DNA of 63,625 nucleotides, filler included, from Reticulomyxa filosa (GCA_000512085.1; 15 parts of 15 records of this genome joined end to end with filler, not necessarily neighbours in it); one strand, 5' to 3'. Numbered from the whole stretch's first letter, positions 24,805 through 37,890 are shown. Notes: generated by a model not told the origin, from the sequence alone. Numbers and translations: made by a program.

Positions 24805-26618
24805 CTTGCGGAAACATTAAGTCGTGCAGTATTTTGTTGGAAAGAGAAATGGAACCATTCGGTGTGATTGCTGTTAGAAGACGAGGACGAGGTGGAGATC
24901 CAGCGTTTGGGCAAGGTGCCCGACAAATAATTTTGCGACAAGCTGACGAACTGAAGACTGTTGTTGTTGAGGTCGTGCAAGGAGGAGGAGGAGGGTACAC
25001 TGGGCAGCTCTCCATAAATACCACAGTTGTGAGAAATAAAAGCTTGCAATGGCGGTCGATACAGCGACGAAGGGATTGTACCGACGAGGTGGTGGTTGTT
25101 GAACAGTGTTAAAATGTTCAAACGCGGCGCACATGCGAACAAGTGGTCCAGCCACGAGTGTAAATGGTGGTCCACTAGTTTGTTGTTGTGCAAGGTCAAG
25201 GAAATCAGGTTGCGCATTTGCGTCGGGAACACAGGCAAGCTCGCAGAAAAGTGATTATTGTCCAACGACAGCAGTGCCAATTGCGAGTTGTTTGTAAACA
25301 ATGGAAAAGACCCATGCAATTGATTGTTTGACACGGACAGTTGCGCCAATGTTCGTGAATTTGCAAACGAAGGCAATGTTCCCATAAACTGATTGTGACT
25401 CACGTCCAGTGATATCAATGCCGTCCATTGCTCCAATTCCTTGTCCAACGTACCCTCAAACGAATTGTTTGCCAAATTCAACACTCTCATCATATTCTGT
25501 CCGTTTGTCCATATCCACGTCGGTACTGTCCCCGTCAGTTGATTGCTCGACACGTCCAATCCTTCCATCACTTTCCAATACTTGCCCAGATATTCCGACA
25601 TCGTCCCACTCAACTCGTTCTCTCGCAATAGCAGTGACACCAAGCTGCTCAAATTCCCTAACTCCGCTGGGATTGATCCTGTCAATGCGTTTTCTTGCAA
25701 GCTCAACATTGTCAATACCTTCAAATTACTATATATGTACATATATATATATATATATATATTCCTTTTTACGTATAATTATGTTTGTAACAAAAAAATA
25801 AAATATGAACACAGTTGCATGCACAGCCTCATCTTGCATCAATGAGGAAATTTCTCCTCTTGCACTCTCTTCTTTGCATATAACTTCTCCCAGCGTGCAC
25901 GTAGGTGCATGTTCGAAGTGTACGTATACATATATGTATATACATATATACATATGTATATATATTCTCTCAAACCCGAATTGCGGTGGTATTGTGCCGT
26001 TGAAAAAATTATCCGACAAGTCGACTTCGACTAATAACGACAATTGGGCGAGTTCGACGGGAATGGTGCCATGGAGACGATTGCTGCCAAGAAAGAGGAC
26101 TACAAGGAATCTCCAGTGGGAAATGAACGAAGAGATCGTTCCGGTGAGGGAATTGAAAGACGCCATGAACGTAGTCATTCGCGTGCAGTTTTGAAACATA
26201 CTGCTGGGAATGGACCCGCTCAATCGGTTCATTGCCAGATCAAACGTGGTGAGAGACTTCAAATTCCCATATGACTCTGGGATGCTTCCTTCCAGTTGGT
26301 TCTCCGTAGCACTGATCCAATACAAAGAGGGATTGGAATACCCAAATTCCGGAGGTAGCGTCCCACTCAGCGCATTTCCATCTAACGCTAGCTGCCGTAG
26401 CTGCGAAAGACGAGATAACTCACTCGGAATTGTACCTGTTAATTCATTGAATTGCAGTCCAAGTACTTGCAGTCCACTCAATTGTCTGAATACGTATACA
26501 ACAACAACAACAACAAAATCCTGTTTAATGTATACCTACGTATACGAAAATGTATAAACATAGAATGCAAAATAAATAAATAAATAAAATTTATATATGT
26601 ATACATATATGCATGTAT

Positions 26619-26655
<37 letters not shown>

Positions 26656-27208
26656 GTAACCCCAATTCACTTGGAATTGTTCCCGTCAAATGACTCTCTT
26701 GCAAATACAAAAATTGCAAAAGCGTCAATCGCCCAATTTCAATTGGAATTGTTCCACTTATATTTGTGGAGACAATCCAAAAGTCTCCCAACATTCGCAA
26801 CAAACCGATCTCTTTTGGGATTGTGCCATATAGGTTTGCGTACTCAAATATCAAAATTTGTATCTGTGTGAAGTTGCCTATGCTTTTGTCTATCGTTCCG
26901 TGCAACGAGTTGTTCAACAACTCCATCCCTACCACATGCGCTGCTCGTCTTGCTGCTATTGGACGTCCGCATGTTACACCCCAAAACGAACAGAAATCAC
27001 TCGACGTCACGTTCGTCCAATTTATTGCCCATTGGTGGGTCCATCCTGGTCCGTTCGTGCTATTGTATAATTTCACAAGTGCCAACTTTTCTTCCAACGG
27101 CAACTCCTCGCTTAGTGACGAGTTCCCAGTGGTTGCGCCCCTGCTATAACAGGCTAATTGTGATAGGACGAACAACCACAAGGGGATATTCAACATAAAC
27201 CACCGCAT
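24805..27208 (-). CDS. Secreted/receptor-like protein with plant-specific-type LRRs, at least 3 exons, 3' truncated
   Basis: Signal peptide MRWFMLNIPLWLFVLSQLAC, LRRNT cap (EKLALVKLYNSTNGPGW...CSFWGVTC) and about 20 LxxLxLxxNxLxGxIP repeats. GT-AG introns near 26485-26660 and 25729-25975. Confidence 0.9.
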
Positions 27209-27521
27209 ATACATATATTTCACTGAAATTTTTATTTTTTTCTCTTTCAAATTTTTTTGGATCACAGCACAGGACGACAAGAGCCCCTGGCTTTTTTTTC
27301 CTAGCTTCAAAACAAAAAAAACAATTTTAATTTGCATCAACAGCTTTGAAAAGTGACACTGTGTTTATGTGGATTTTTGTTTAAAATTCTGACAGTTGGA
27401 ATCAGGTATAATATACACGAAACACTGACAAAACGACAAAAGAGTTGTATTACAGTATATTTTGTGCTGAAGTGCAGTTCAAGGGGCAACCAGTATTCCT
27501 CATTCTCACAGTACATATTCA

Positions 27522-28163
27522 ATGCATCGACGTTTGTTGTTACGAGCAACACCCTGCATCAATATTAGGCCACAATATATTATCTTTTCAACTCGGGGCT
27601 ATGAAACTAAGCTGAATACATTTGAAGATTTTGAAAAGGTAGCCCAACACTTCAAACAGAAGCAGTCAGCAGTGGTAACAGAAAGAAGACAGAAGCTTAT
27701 GGAGCAACTTCAAAACGAAATGTTGGAAAAATTTAGCCGGTTGAAACCGTTGTGGGCAGACAAGAATTTCTTCCAACAAAATGCAACCCTGCAAGAGTTC
27801 TTACGTGAGATTGAAATAAAAATCCACACAGAGTGCCAAAGGCGTTTGTCAGAACAAGCAAATAACAATGAGCCTCTCCCTCCAGACCTTCGAACATACA
27901 TTGACAAAAATTTGTTCGAAATGCTCATCATAATGCATGAGATGGATTGGAACTTGAAATTTACCTCGATTGACAAACATCTGAATTCAGAGCCATATCT
28001 TGCAGACGTGTTGCATTGGACCAGAAAAATGTCGACGTGCAGCGTCGAGTTAAACTACCTTAAAATAAATGGACTATTTCCTATTGGCTCCTTGGCCTGG
28101 TCCAGTTATGAGACAGCCGCAAATGCCGAAATCGACAAGCTGAAAAAAATAATACGAATTTAA
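27522..28163 (+). CDS. Hypothetical protein with possible mitochondrial targeting peptide
   Basis: 213-aa ORF with an Arg-rich, acid-free N-terminus (MHRRLLLRATPCINIRPQYIIFSTRGY). Confidence 0.65.
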   Translation: MHRRLLLRATPCINIRPQYIIFSTRGYETKLNTFEDFEKVAQHFKQKQSAVVTERRQKLMEQLQNEMLEKFSRLKPLWADKNFFQQNATLQEFLREIEIKIHTECQRRLSEQANNNEPLPPDLRTYIDKNLFEMLIIMHEMDWNLKFTSIDKHLNSEPYLADVLHWTRKMSTCSVELNYLKINGLFPIGSLAWSSYETAANAEIDKLKKIIRI

Positions 28164-28735
28164 TATGTTTGGAAAGTGATTTTTTTCCATTCATTCATTT
28201 CGTTTTTTTTATTATTATTCTTTCATTATTGTTTTCATTTTAAAACCGTATTGTTCCTGAACAGCTTTTTTTCTACACAAGCAAATTCTTTTTCAAATTC
28301 AAATTCAAGATTACTGTCAGTAATACTTTGGCCCAAGAATCTTCTTCTTTATATATATGTGTACACGTGTACATATAAATGAATGAAAAATCACAATTCA
28401 AACACGACAATATTCACTTTGTTGGGATTTCATGCCAATTAAAAATATATAGTACATACATATATTTTTTTTTCGAGTGGAATCAGTTATTAGCACAATA
28501 CCACTTCTTTTGTTGCCATTGTGTTGAAAAGGAGAAAATGTAAAGATTGGAGAAAATATTTTTGTTGAGGCTTGTGATCCTCACAATCTAAGCGTACATC
28601 GCAATTTTGGATTTGCACAACAAACAAATTTTATTTTATTTTTTTCCAAAAATCTTTTTCGCAAATTTTTTAAAATCCACGTTTGAAATTGTTATCTGAA
28701 GATAGAAAATTTGGAAAACAAGAACAAAAGCATAT

Positions 28736-30060
28736 TCAGAAATTGTAAGGCTTTGGATCAATTTTTTTTAAAGCATCAGTGGAAAGTTTGATGCCGTGAA
28801 TGGCAATGCGTCCTTTTCCACCTCTACTGGGCCATTGCAGACCCCCTCCAAGACAATGGATGTTTCCAAAGGTATGTTGCAAAGTGGTAGCATTGGACAG
28901 AGATTGGAATTTGATCAAGATCGACCCTCCACTGCCACCCCCACTCCATCCGCTTTTTCCTTCCCATCCATTGGCCTGTATAGTGCCGTTATTGATGAGT
29001 TGTTGTTCGATGGTCAATTCAATGATTCCACCACCCCTCCCTCCGCATTGCATATTCCCATGTTTATCCCAGCCACAACCACCACCACTACCGTGAAGAA
29101 GTTCTTTCAACAAGGAGTCTTCTCCATACGTCTTACCCCCTTTGCCATCACTTTTGGTAGCATCAGATTCACCTCCGTTTGTTCCATAGCCCGCACCACC
29201 ACCATTGCTCCAAGAGGAAGTTTTCCCATTTTCACCTTTCCCAGGCCCTTCACCGAAGTTGTATCCCAATCCGGAGCAATCCACAACGGATTTCGCATGT
29301 TTTATCCACAAATGGCTGGTTTTTATATTGAGATGTCCACGATCCTCTTTTTTGCAATCCACGGTCAATCTCAAACAATCCCCAAGCAAATAAACCCCAA
29401 ATTTGTAATGACAACACTCCCTGTTTTTGATCATCAACGTTTTGTTGCTTTCTTTCACCCCAAAAAATCAATGCCATTTCTCAAGGCTGGAATAAACAAT
29501 GACGTGGACAACACATCGTTGACCATTTTCTCACATGATTTCGCCACAAGTGATTGCACTTGTTGCAAATCCTTTTCATTCGCTTTCTTTTCCTCTTTCA
29601 ATTCTGCTTTGCCTTTTGGATCACTGCTACTAATCGCGGGGCTTGGATTTGGCTCAGTCTTTGGTTGGACTTCATCCTTTTGCATCTTGGTTGCTGAGGA
29701 CAATTTCGCAATCTGTTCCTTCGCTTGCTCAATTGCCACCGTCAAATTTTTTATTTCTTCACTTTTTTTTTCACTCTCCATTTTCGCTTGTTTTAATGCA
29801 TTGCTATTCGTTTCCGCCTCACTTTTCCATCGATCTATTTCTTCCTTTTTTTTTTTTTTTTGCAAACAAACATGCAAAAACATCAGCGATTTAAATGTGA
29901 CTTGCCCAAATACCAAATTGTCATTTACACATCACAAAATATCACAAACTGTGCAAGTTTCGTATCGGTCTTGAACACTCTGGAATTTTTTATCAAATTG
30001 TACCATTTCTTCTATCTTTTTGTCCAAAAGTGTTTGCAACTCTTCCTACATTTGCATTCA
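28736..30060 (-). CDS. Coiled-coil protein with C-terminal glycine-rich domain, 5' truncated; frameshift at ~29455-29467
   Basis: Motifs GGGAGYGTNGG, LLHGSGGG, GGRGGGIIEL..NNGTIQANG, GGGSGGSILI and GGKGRIAI. The upstream coiled-coil ORF joins at a T6-G4 run. Confidence 0.7.
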
Positions 30061-30227
30061 CATACGTATGACTTTGTAATCATTTGCTTTTTTTTTTTTT
30101 TTTTTTTTTTTTTTCCCCCCCCCCCCCNNNNNNNNNNNNNNNNNNNNNNNNNNNNNNNNNNNNNNNNNNNNTTAATTAATTAANNNNNNNNNNNNNNNNN
30201 NNNNNNNNNNNNNNNNNNNNNNNNNNN

Positions 30228-30546
30228 ACACAGCATTTTTATTTTTGTTACGAAGTAGCAATGTTATCACTACCCAAAAATTTGTGATCAAACAAGAAAA
30301 AGAAAAGCAGGCAATTACGGTCAAGAGAAACTATGGACCATGTTTTGGTAAGAAAAACAAAAAAAAATTGGAACATTGTCTAGTTTTGTTTGTTTGTTTT
30401 TATAGGATGGAGATATTACTATCAAAGACAAATGCAATGAAATTAGTAATAGTAGTTGTTTATATACGTACAATTGTCACAGAACCACATTAGCAGATGA
30501 AGAGCAGTTCATAGTGAAAGATATAGAAACTTATTCTATCAAATAA
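30228..30546 (+). CDS. TLDc-domain C-terminal fragment (possibly a pseudogene)
   Basis: AFLFLL...YGPCFG / GDITIKDKCN...LADEEQFIVKDIETYSIK*. The apparent intron 30348-30405 does not perfectly restore the frame. Confidence 0.6.
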
Positions 30547-30869
30547 TAATTTGTATTTCACAAATCACATGAATCTAATTCTGAAAAAAGGGTCATAATG
30601 TATATAACTTTATTTATATGAAAAATTTCTTTTCATTCATTTTGCATTAAGAACTAAATCTACTTTCCTTGGTATTTTTTTGTTGCTAACGAAAATAACA
30701 AAGCTAATTTTTTTTTAGGCTAATGAAATAACAAAAGTTTGTTTTTTTGGGGGGCTCTTTATTTCCATTTTCAAATGGATATCACAAATGTTTGTTTTGT
30801 TTTTTTTTCACTTGTGTATTAACCTTATTGTTAAAAATTTTTGATTAAATACTCGTAATAAAAAAGGAT

Positions 30870-31720
30870 TTAGTTGAAGGAGATCCAAAACTGGAAAGCA
30901 CTGTAAATTACTTTCAATTAGCAAACATGGCAGGCACGTACGTTATTGTTGTGAGGAAGCATGCAACGAGAAAGTTATTTAAACTGAAAACCAAAAAATT
31001 GGATATACGAACAATATGAAGATTTTTGGCTATGAAAAATTTGGTGTTGTATATTTTTTAAAAGAATGTAAAAAATATGTTCAATGGATAGCACGTATAA
31101 TTAGAACATGCTAACGAAGCTAAAATAAAAGAAATAAAATTGAAAAGCGATCTTAAGTATTTTAAGTTTGATGACGAATCTATCGCTGATTTGTATTTCG
31201 TTAATATCAATTATGCGAATACCCTCAACGAAAAACGCTGATTGAAAAAAAAATACTATCTTTTATAAAATGTGAAGAACTTAAGATGTAGTACCCTAAT
31301 CTATGGAAAATCGCACAAAGTATAAATTCATGGGACCAAAATGAATTTTGTAGGCGTTTGAACTAAAACGATTAAAAAAATTAAAAGAAGTATTACTGGA
31401 AAGTTAAGTCAAAGTCGAATATAACGACAACCTGTTGGACTCTGGATCAATCGATTGTATTGAAATGCAATCAATTAATATGCATTTTGACAAAGCAACT
31501 GTATATCATATTAATGCAATAGCTTACGGGGAGATTTAGTCCAAACTGATTAAACAAACACAACATCGACAATAAGATAACATTGTACAACGGATTAAAT
31601 GAAAAAGACGACTATCTAGTTCTTTTTGAAAAAATCAACTCAAAGATCGATCAAATAGAAAAAATTAGTTCAAAGCTCGAGCAAATGGTGGCAATATTAG
31701 AAAATAACTTTCAGTAAAAA
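30870..31720 (+). pseudogene. Degenerate coding remnant, possibly a hAT transposase C-terminus
   Basis: YPNLWKIAQSI at ~31291 resembles the start of the hAT dimerisation domain. Many stops. Confidence 0.25.
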
Positions 31721-33213
31721 AAATGTTGTTTATTTTGTTTAAAAAAATTTTGATTGAGTGTTTAATTTATTTATCTACAAGTTCATTTGAAAGTTTGTTT
31801 TTTAAAAACGTTTTCGTTTTCATTAATGAACAAGTGGAAATCCAATTGTCTTAGTTACACTATTTTTTTCATTTCACAAATGTAGTGATTAAATAAGAAA
31901 AATAATACAACAAACACCAAAAGCACGAGTGAAGTATTGCAAGAAATACTTTTTTGAAAGAAAAGATTACATGAACTTTTGTCATCAAGTAGGGCATAGT
32001 CATATACCAACATTTCCAAAAAAAAGATTTGAATACATGTGGATGCAATGAATTAAAAAAAATTTATAATAACAATTGATGATATAAAATGGAGCTCTTC
32101 AACAAACTAGTATCTATGATAATGTTTTTATTTTATCATCTTCATGTAAAAGCGATAACAATTGCTTCATTTTATTATTTTTGATTATTCGGTAATCTAA
32201 GAACAAATTTTATACAAGTCCTTAAAATAAGTTAGTCAAAAGTCNNNNNNNNNNNNNNNNNNNNNNNNNNNNNNNNNNNNNNNNNNNNTTAATTAATTAA
32301 NNNNNNNNNNNNNNNNNNNNNNNNNNNNNNNNNNNNNNNNNNNNGGTGAGTGTTTACTGACCATTTTTCTTGGCATGGTCAACAATTGATGGGATTATTC
32401 TTTTCTTGTTTCAGTTGCTTTTTTTCTTTGAAAAGTTAAGCTTATTGAATGTTGTCGAACAATTTTCAAAGGATTTCGTACACGTATATAGAGACGTCTG
32501 AAAAAAGTCTTTCTCCTTTTTTTATGCATAAGCCCGAAAAAACAACGTACAACTTTTGTGTACTTCCGTATATTTTCCATTTTAGAGCCATCCAAATTAA
32601 AAAGATAACAAAAGACAATACTTAAGGAGCTTTCATGCAAGAAAAAAAAAGAAAAGTTGGAAATTTGCGAGAACAACAGTCAATAATCTACTCTTAAAAA
32701 ACAAGAAATTGCATAGAATGGAACTAAAAATTTTACCAATTATGTGAAAATGTAAGTGCATAATAGGATTTTTGAAAAGTATCCTCCCTTTTTCGAAACA
32801 CAAGCGAAAATGAATCCATTAGTTCTGTCAGATGTTTTTAACATTTAGTATTTTTAAAAGATTTGTTTGTAGAAGGCGATATTTGCTTAAACGGATAACC
32901 ACTCTTATTTTGAGACAATAATATTTTTTTAATCATTTACTCAACAGTGACAAATGCATTAATGAGCGCTTAGTCAAGCATTGGAAGCAGCGCACATTTC
33001 ATTATTCCAATCTTCACAGTCCACTCCTCCAAGCAATTTTGTGAGGCAACTCTATCAAAACCACTTCTACTATTCGCATTATTTATCAAAGATGTTTATT
33101 GATAGATAATTGAACTTTCAAGGATTAAAGTTTAGTTTGTGAGTCACCTTATTTCCATTATTTTAATGATCGAAGATTATTATCAAAATTTCTTAACTTC
33201 AAAGTTAAAAGCA

Positions 33214-33532
33214 ATGGAAAAAAAGGCAATTATGAGATTGATGGAAAATGTGAGTGAGTCCAAAACAGAGTCTGTATCTGCATCTGCAATCGTGCGTTGT
33301 CATTTTCAGACACAGTTGCAACCACATACAAAGGGAAAGCCCAATGCCAATGAAGATATTGCAACGACCATGAAAGTGGCTCCATCCAAAAAAAGTACAA
33401 CTCCAAAACCAGAAACAAGAAAAGGTGCTCAACCTTTGCTATTGAGTCAGAGCCATTGCTTTGTCCATCAAATGGACTCCTTATCTGTCGCTACTTTGGC
33501 AAGAGTTTTGACATATGAATTTCATTTTCAGA
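33214..33532 (+). CDS. 5' fragment of a hypothetical gene
   Basis: Open frame MEKKAIMRLMENV... running into the contig end. Confidence 0.4.
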
Positions 33533-33783
33533 NNNNNNNNNNNNNNNNNNNNNNNNNNNNNNNNNNNNNNNNNNNNTTAATTAATTAANNNNNNNNNNNN
33601 NNNNNNNNNNNNNNNNNNNNNNNNNNNNNNNNTTTTAGGAATCTTCAAGTCACGTAGATACTTTTAAAAAAAGAATTACCTTGTATCTTTCGTAATTTTT
33701 AACAAAATTTTGAAAACTTTTTTCGATTATTTGAAATTTTTTTAAAATTTTTTTTGTTAAAATTTTGTTTTTTTTTAATGTTT

Positions 33784-34100
33784 TTACCATTTTGTTGGTT
33801 TTTGTGCATTGATTACAGTTTCAATTTTTCTTGACATTGACTCAACTAGAGTATCTTGACATAGTTAATGTGACTTTTTTCACATATTTTTTCAATTTTT
33901 TACAAAGTTTTTGTTTGTTGCTAATTTTTTTGACTTTGTATAATTTTACTTTAATTATCCACCAAATGTTATCAATTGGATTTAGGTCTGGTGAATTATG
34001 AGGAAAATTTATCAGTTATATATTATTTCCTTTAAACTAATCCATTATTTCTTTAGCTTTACGACATGATAAATTTTCTTGGTATGACATATACAGCTTT
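33784..34100 (-). mobile_element. Tc1/mariner transposase C-terminal (DDE/D) remnant
   Basis: Minus strand reads YQENLSCRKAK...NFPHNSPDLNPIDNIWWIIK...LVESMSRKIETVINAQKPTKW*, matching Tc1 QDNAPCH / SPDLNPIENxW / SMPRRxxAVI..TKY. Confidence 0.8.
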
Positions 34101-34155
34101 TCTTTTTACGGTTCCGTTACACTTATATAACGCCAGCCAAAATCGAAGCGAAGCT

Positions 34156-34317
34156 ATACTTACATAAAACTTCTTTAGTAAAGATCAAATGCTAGCTCCA
34201 CTAGAACTCAAGGTTCTCTGAACTTTTTTGTTTTCTATTGCAATAAACTCAAAAGTGTAACTCTGCTGTATACTTTTGTTTGCTGCAAGTAGCGCTTTTT
34301 ATTAAAGCGTTGTGTAA
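34156..34317 (+). ncRNA. U1 snRNA-like sequence (divergent or pseudogene; tentative)
   Basis: 5' ATACTTAC, GATC at nt 28, ATTGCA in a predicted loop, U-rich ACTTTTG and a 3' hairpin (TAGCGCTTT/AAAGCGTTG). About 162 nt. Confidence 0.3.
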
Positions 34318-34646
34318 GAATACTAAGTGGGATACTATTATGTGTGGCAGTAATGGAATAGCCACAAAATTAACTTAAAATCAAATTTTAACCTCTCGAT
34401 TAAAAATAGTGATATAACGGAATCCATAATGTAAAAGAAATATAATATTTGAATATTATTGCTTATAGATGAAATATGAATGCAACTCCCCTAGCACACT
34501 ACTTGAAAATTTTTATCTTTGTGCATAATAAACCAAGAGTTAGGGAAAAAAAAACTTCCCTCTTATCTTGTTGAACATTTGTTGAGAATTGTTGTTGTTA
34601 AACAATTGTACGCAGTGCCACTCCATGGTTTCAGTAAAACAACCAT

Positions 34647-36099
34647 CTACACACTGTTGTTGCCATTGGCATTAATGCCATCATTGGCGGCAGCACCGTC
34701 TCCAATCACGGAATTTCTCAACCGAGAGGCCTCTGACCTGCGTTTTTCCTCTTGATACTCAAACTGTGCACGACGAGCTGCTTCCAGTGACTTTTGATGC
34801 CACGTGCGATGTAGCTTGAATCCAAAGACTCTTGGGACGTAATGTTCTTTACTTTTTTCTGGTTTCAGTTCTGGGAACACTAAATAAAACAAGTGCGCAA
34901 AGGTGGTACCAAAGAACGCGCCATCAATGTCTATTACCAATTCATCCACCACGAATTTCCAATGTGTATATGCACTTTTTAATATATTCATTGTAATCAT
35001 TAGTTTTTTTTTTGTTGTTATAAACAAAACAAAAAAAAAAAAAAAAGAAGGAGTTTATTTCAAAACGGATCCCCCCGTTTTTGGAAAAAAACCCTTTTTT
35101 TTTTATTTTTTATTTTTTTTTTAATATTAATAAAAAGTAATATCCAAATAAACTTTCATGACGAGTTGATCGGGGTTTATAGATTTCCTCACAACGAGGA
35201 CAGAACAGTTTGACATGTGCTTTTTGTTTTTGGTCAGTGATTCCGCAAGGCAATATGGCTTGATTATTGCAATGATAACGTGGACACGTGCCAAACTCGT
35301 GATGTCGATACTTTTCCAACTTTGTATATGTGTAATGTATAAAGCAAAGCAAGGTTGTGTTTTGGACATGTGTAACACTTCTCACACAACACATATATAT
35401 ATGTATAAATGTGTATATGTGTACATAAGACAATCATATAATAACAACAATTTGCAAATGAGCTTGTTTTTTTTTTTTTTGCATAAGTTCTTAACCATCG
35501 CGTGTAGCCCACGGTTTGTCAAAATAAATCGGGCGTGAATCAAACCATACAATACTTCTGCGTCATTTTCTGCCATTTCTTGTTGTTCGTCTGACAGATT
35601 TCCACGTTCTGTTTGTTTCGACTCAGATTTTTATTTCAACACTACTTTTTTTTTTTTTTTTTCCTCCCCCTTTTTCCCCCCCCCCCTTTCCGCTTTTTTT
35701 TACATTTCTTCCTCTCTCCGACCCTTTACTACGCTCAACTAACCTCGATCGACATCAGTTATAAGATCTAATGCGTAGTCATAGTACGTCACTTGATTTG
35801 CTAGACCCGTTAGATTAAAGTTATCCGTTATGTACTCGTCGTCGATTTGACAAAAAAATTCATTTCCTTTCAATGTCAAAAAATAACTCACCCAACCAAA
35901 ATCCTCGTCACTTTCAAGGGAGCTGCTCACTTCATCATTTGAATTATGTTCTCTTGTCCCTTTTTCTGTGCGAGGTTGAGTCTGACCTTGAGCTTGTTGT
36001 GGATTCAGGTTTTCTTGCACTTGGAGGTTAAAATGAAGGGAAGGAAAAAAAAAAATAAATTATAACTTTTTACCCTTTTTTTGTTGAACACGAAGCCAT
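34647..36099 (-). CDS. CKB: Casein kinase II regulatory beta subunit, about 5 exons
   Basis: Motifs [69 protein letters not shown] and [11 protein letters not shown]. Confidence 0.96.
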
Positions 36100-36272
36100 T
36101 GCCCCAACACAAAATTTGGTTTTCGAAAGTTTGTTAACAAATGTGCAACACAAAACAAAATTTTAACATCTAAGTTTAACTCCTGAAACAGAGCAAAACG
36201 TACTATTTTACAGGCCTAATATTCCAAAGAAAAAAGGGCGTTTTTTGCATTTTATTTCCTCTGCAATAAAGC
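36100..36272. promoter_or_regulatory. Probable bidirectional promoter
   Basis: 173 bp between the inferred divergent start codons of CK2 beta (36099) and eIF4A-III (36273). Confidence 0.6.
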
Positions 36273-37890
36273 ATGGCTGAAGATCCAAAAAAGAAATCAA
36301 GTATTGTCTAATACAAACAGCTACTATCAATAATACCAACAACAAATAATGCACATTAATTTTTTTCCGTAAATTTCTGTGTACGTGACGTGGGACAGAC
36401 CAGTTCGAAGAAGAACATTTATCCAAGAGCAAAGATGTCGTGGAGTCATTTGAAGATATGGGTTTGAAAAGAGACTTGATGAAGGGAATTCATTCGTACG
36501 GTTTCGAAAAGCCTTCGGCCGTCCAACAAAGAGCTATTATGCCAATACTGAAGGGGAAGGACGTGATCGCGCAAAGTCAATCGGGCACGGGTAAGACTAC
36601 AATATTTGCAATTGCATGTCTCCAAATCGTGGACACAACCACAAGTAACTGTCAAGCGATCGTTTTGTCACCAACGCGCGAATTGGCAGAGCAAACTCGC
36701 AATGTTACGTAACCAAAGAGAGGCACAACAGGGAAACAAAAGAGGGAAAGGAGTTAAGCGACGCAACATCGCACATAACACCCGTTTCTCCCTCCCTTTT
36801 TTTTTTTTTAAAAATTTTTTTTTTTTTATATAAATAATTTTTTTTTAAAAAAAGAAAAGCACACTCTTTCATGGACATAGCAATAACATAACATAACAAT
36901 AGGTGATGTTGGCATTTGGAGAGCACATGAAAGCGCGAGTTCATGCGTGCATAGGGGGTACGTCGGTGGGACAAGACATAAAGGCGATATCTTCGGGAGT
37001 GCACATAGTGAGTGGGACGCCAGGACGAGTGAACGACATGATCAACCGCCGAGTGCTGGACACAAAGTACGTAAAGCTGTTGGTGATCGACGAAGCGGAT
37101 GAACTGTTGGCCAAAAACTTCAAAACCCAACTGTATGACTGCTATCGCTGCTTGCCCCACAGCACGCAAATCGTGCTAATTAGCGCGACCATATCCCCGG
37201 AAATATTGACCATTAGCAACAAGTTCATGAATGACCCCGTTCGCATCCTAATTAAACGAGATGAATTAACGTTGGAAGGTACGCTCTTTTCGTATTTGCA
37301 ATAGACACAAAAAAACATAACTGTTAATTTTTTTTTTTTTTAAATGAATAAATAAATAAATAAATAATAAATATAATAATAATAATAATAATAAATTAAA
37401 AGGAATCAAACAATATTTTATTGCAATCGAAAAAGAAGAATGGAAATATGATACATTGGTTGATTTAAATGAAACACTTACCATCAATCAAGTAATCATA
37501 TTTTGCAACACAAAAAGTAAAGTCGATTGGCTTACTGACAAACTGAGAAATGATAACTTTACTGTCAGTTGTATCCACGGCGGAATGCCGCAAAAAGAAC
37601 GTGACGAAATCACAAAACAATTCCGCGATTGTAAAAGTCGAGTTCTTGTGGCAACAGACGTTTTTGGACGAGGTATCGATATTAGCCAAGTCACCCTGGT
37701 CATTAACTATGATCTGCCCAACTCCAGAGAATTGTACATTCATCGCATTGGCCGATCTGGGAGATTTGGCCGTCGTGGTGTCGCCATCAACTTTGTCAAA
37801 GATGACGAAATTCGTATTTTGAGAGATATCGAACAATTTTACGGAACACAAATCGATGAAATGCCTGCTAACTTACAAGATATGTTATAA
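36273..37890 (+). CDS. EIF4A3: DEAD-box RNA helicase eIF4A-III (exon junction complex core), 4 exons
   Basis: Motifs [45 protein letters not shown] and [36 protein letters not shown]. Confidence 0.93.

Noticed and set aside
28796-29974. 392-aa plus-strand ORF
   Set aside because: Antisense shadow of the Gly-rich/coiled-coil gene, with no recognisable protein features.
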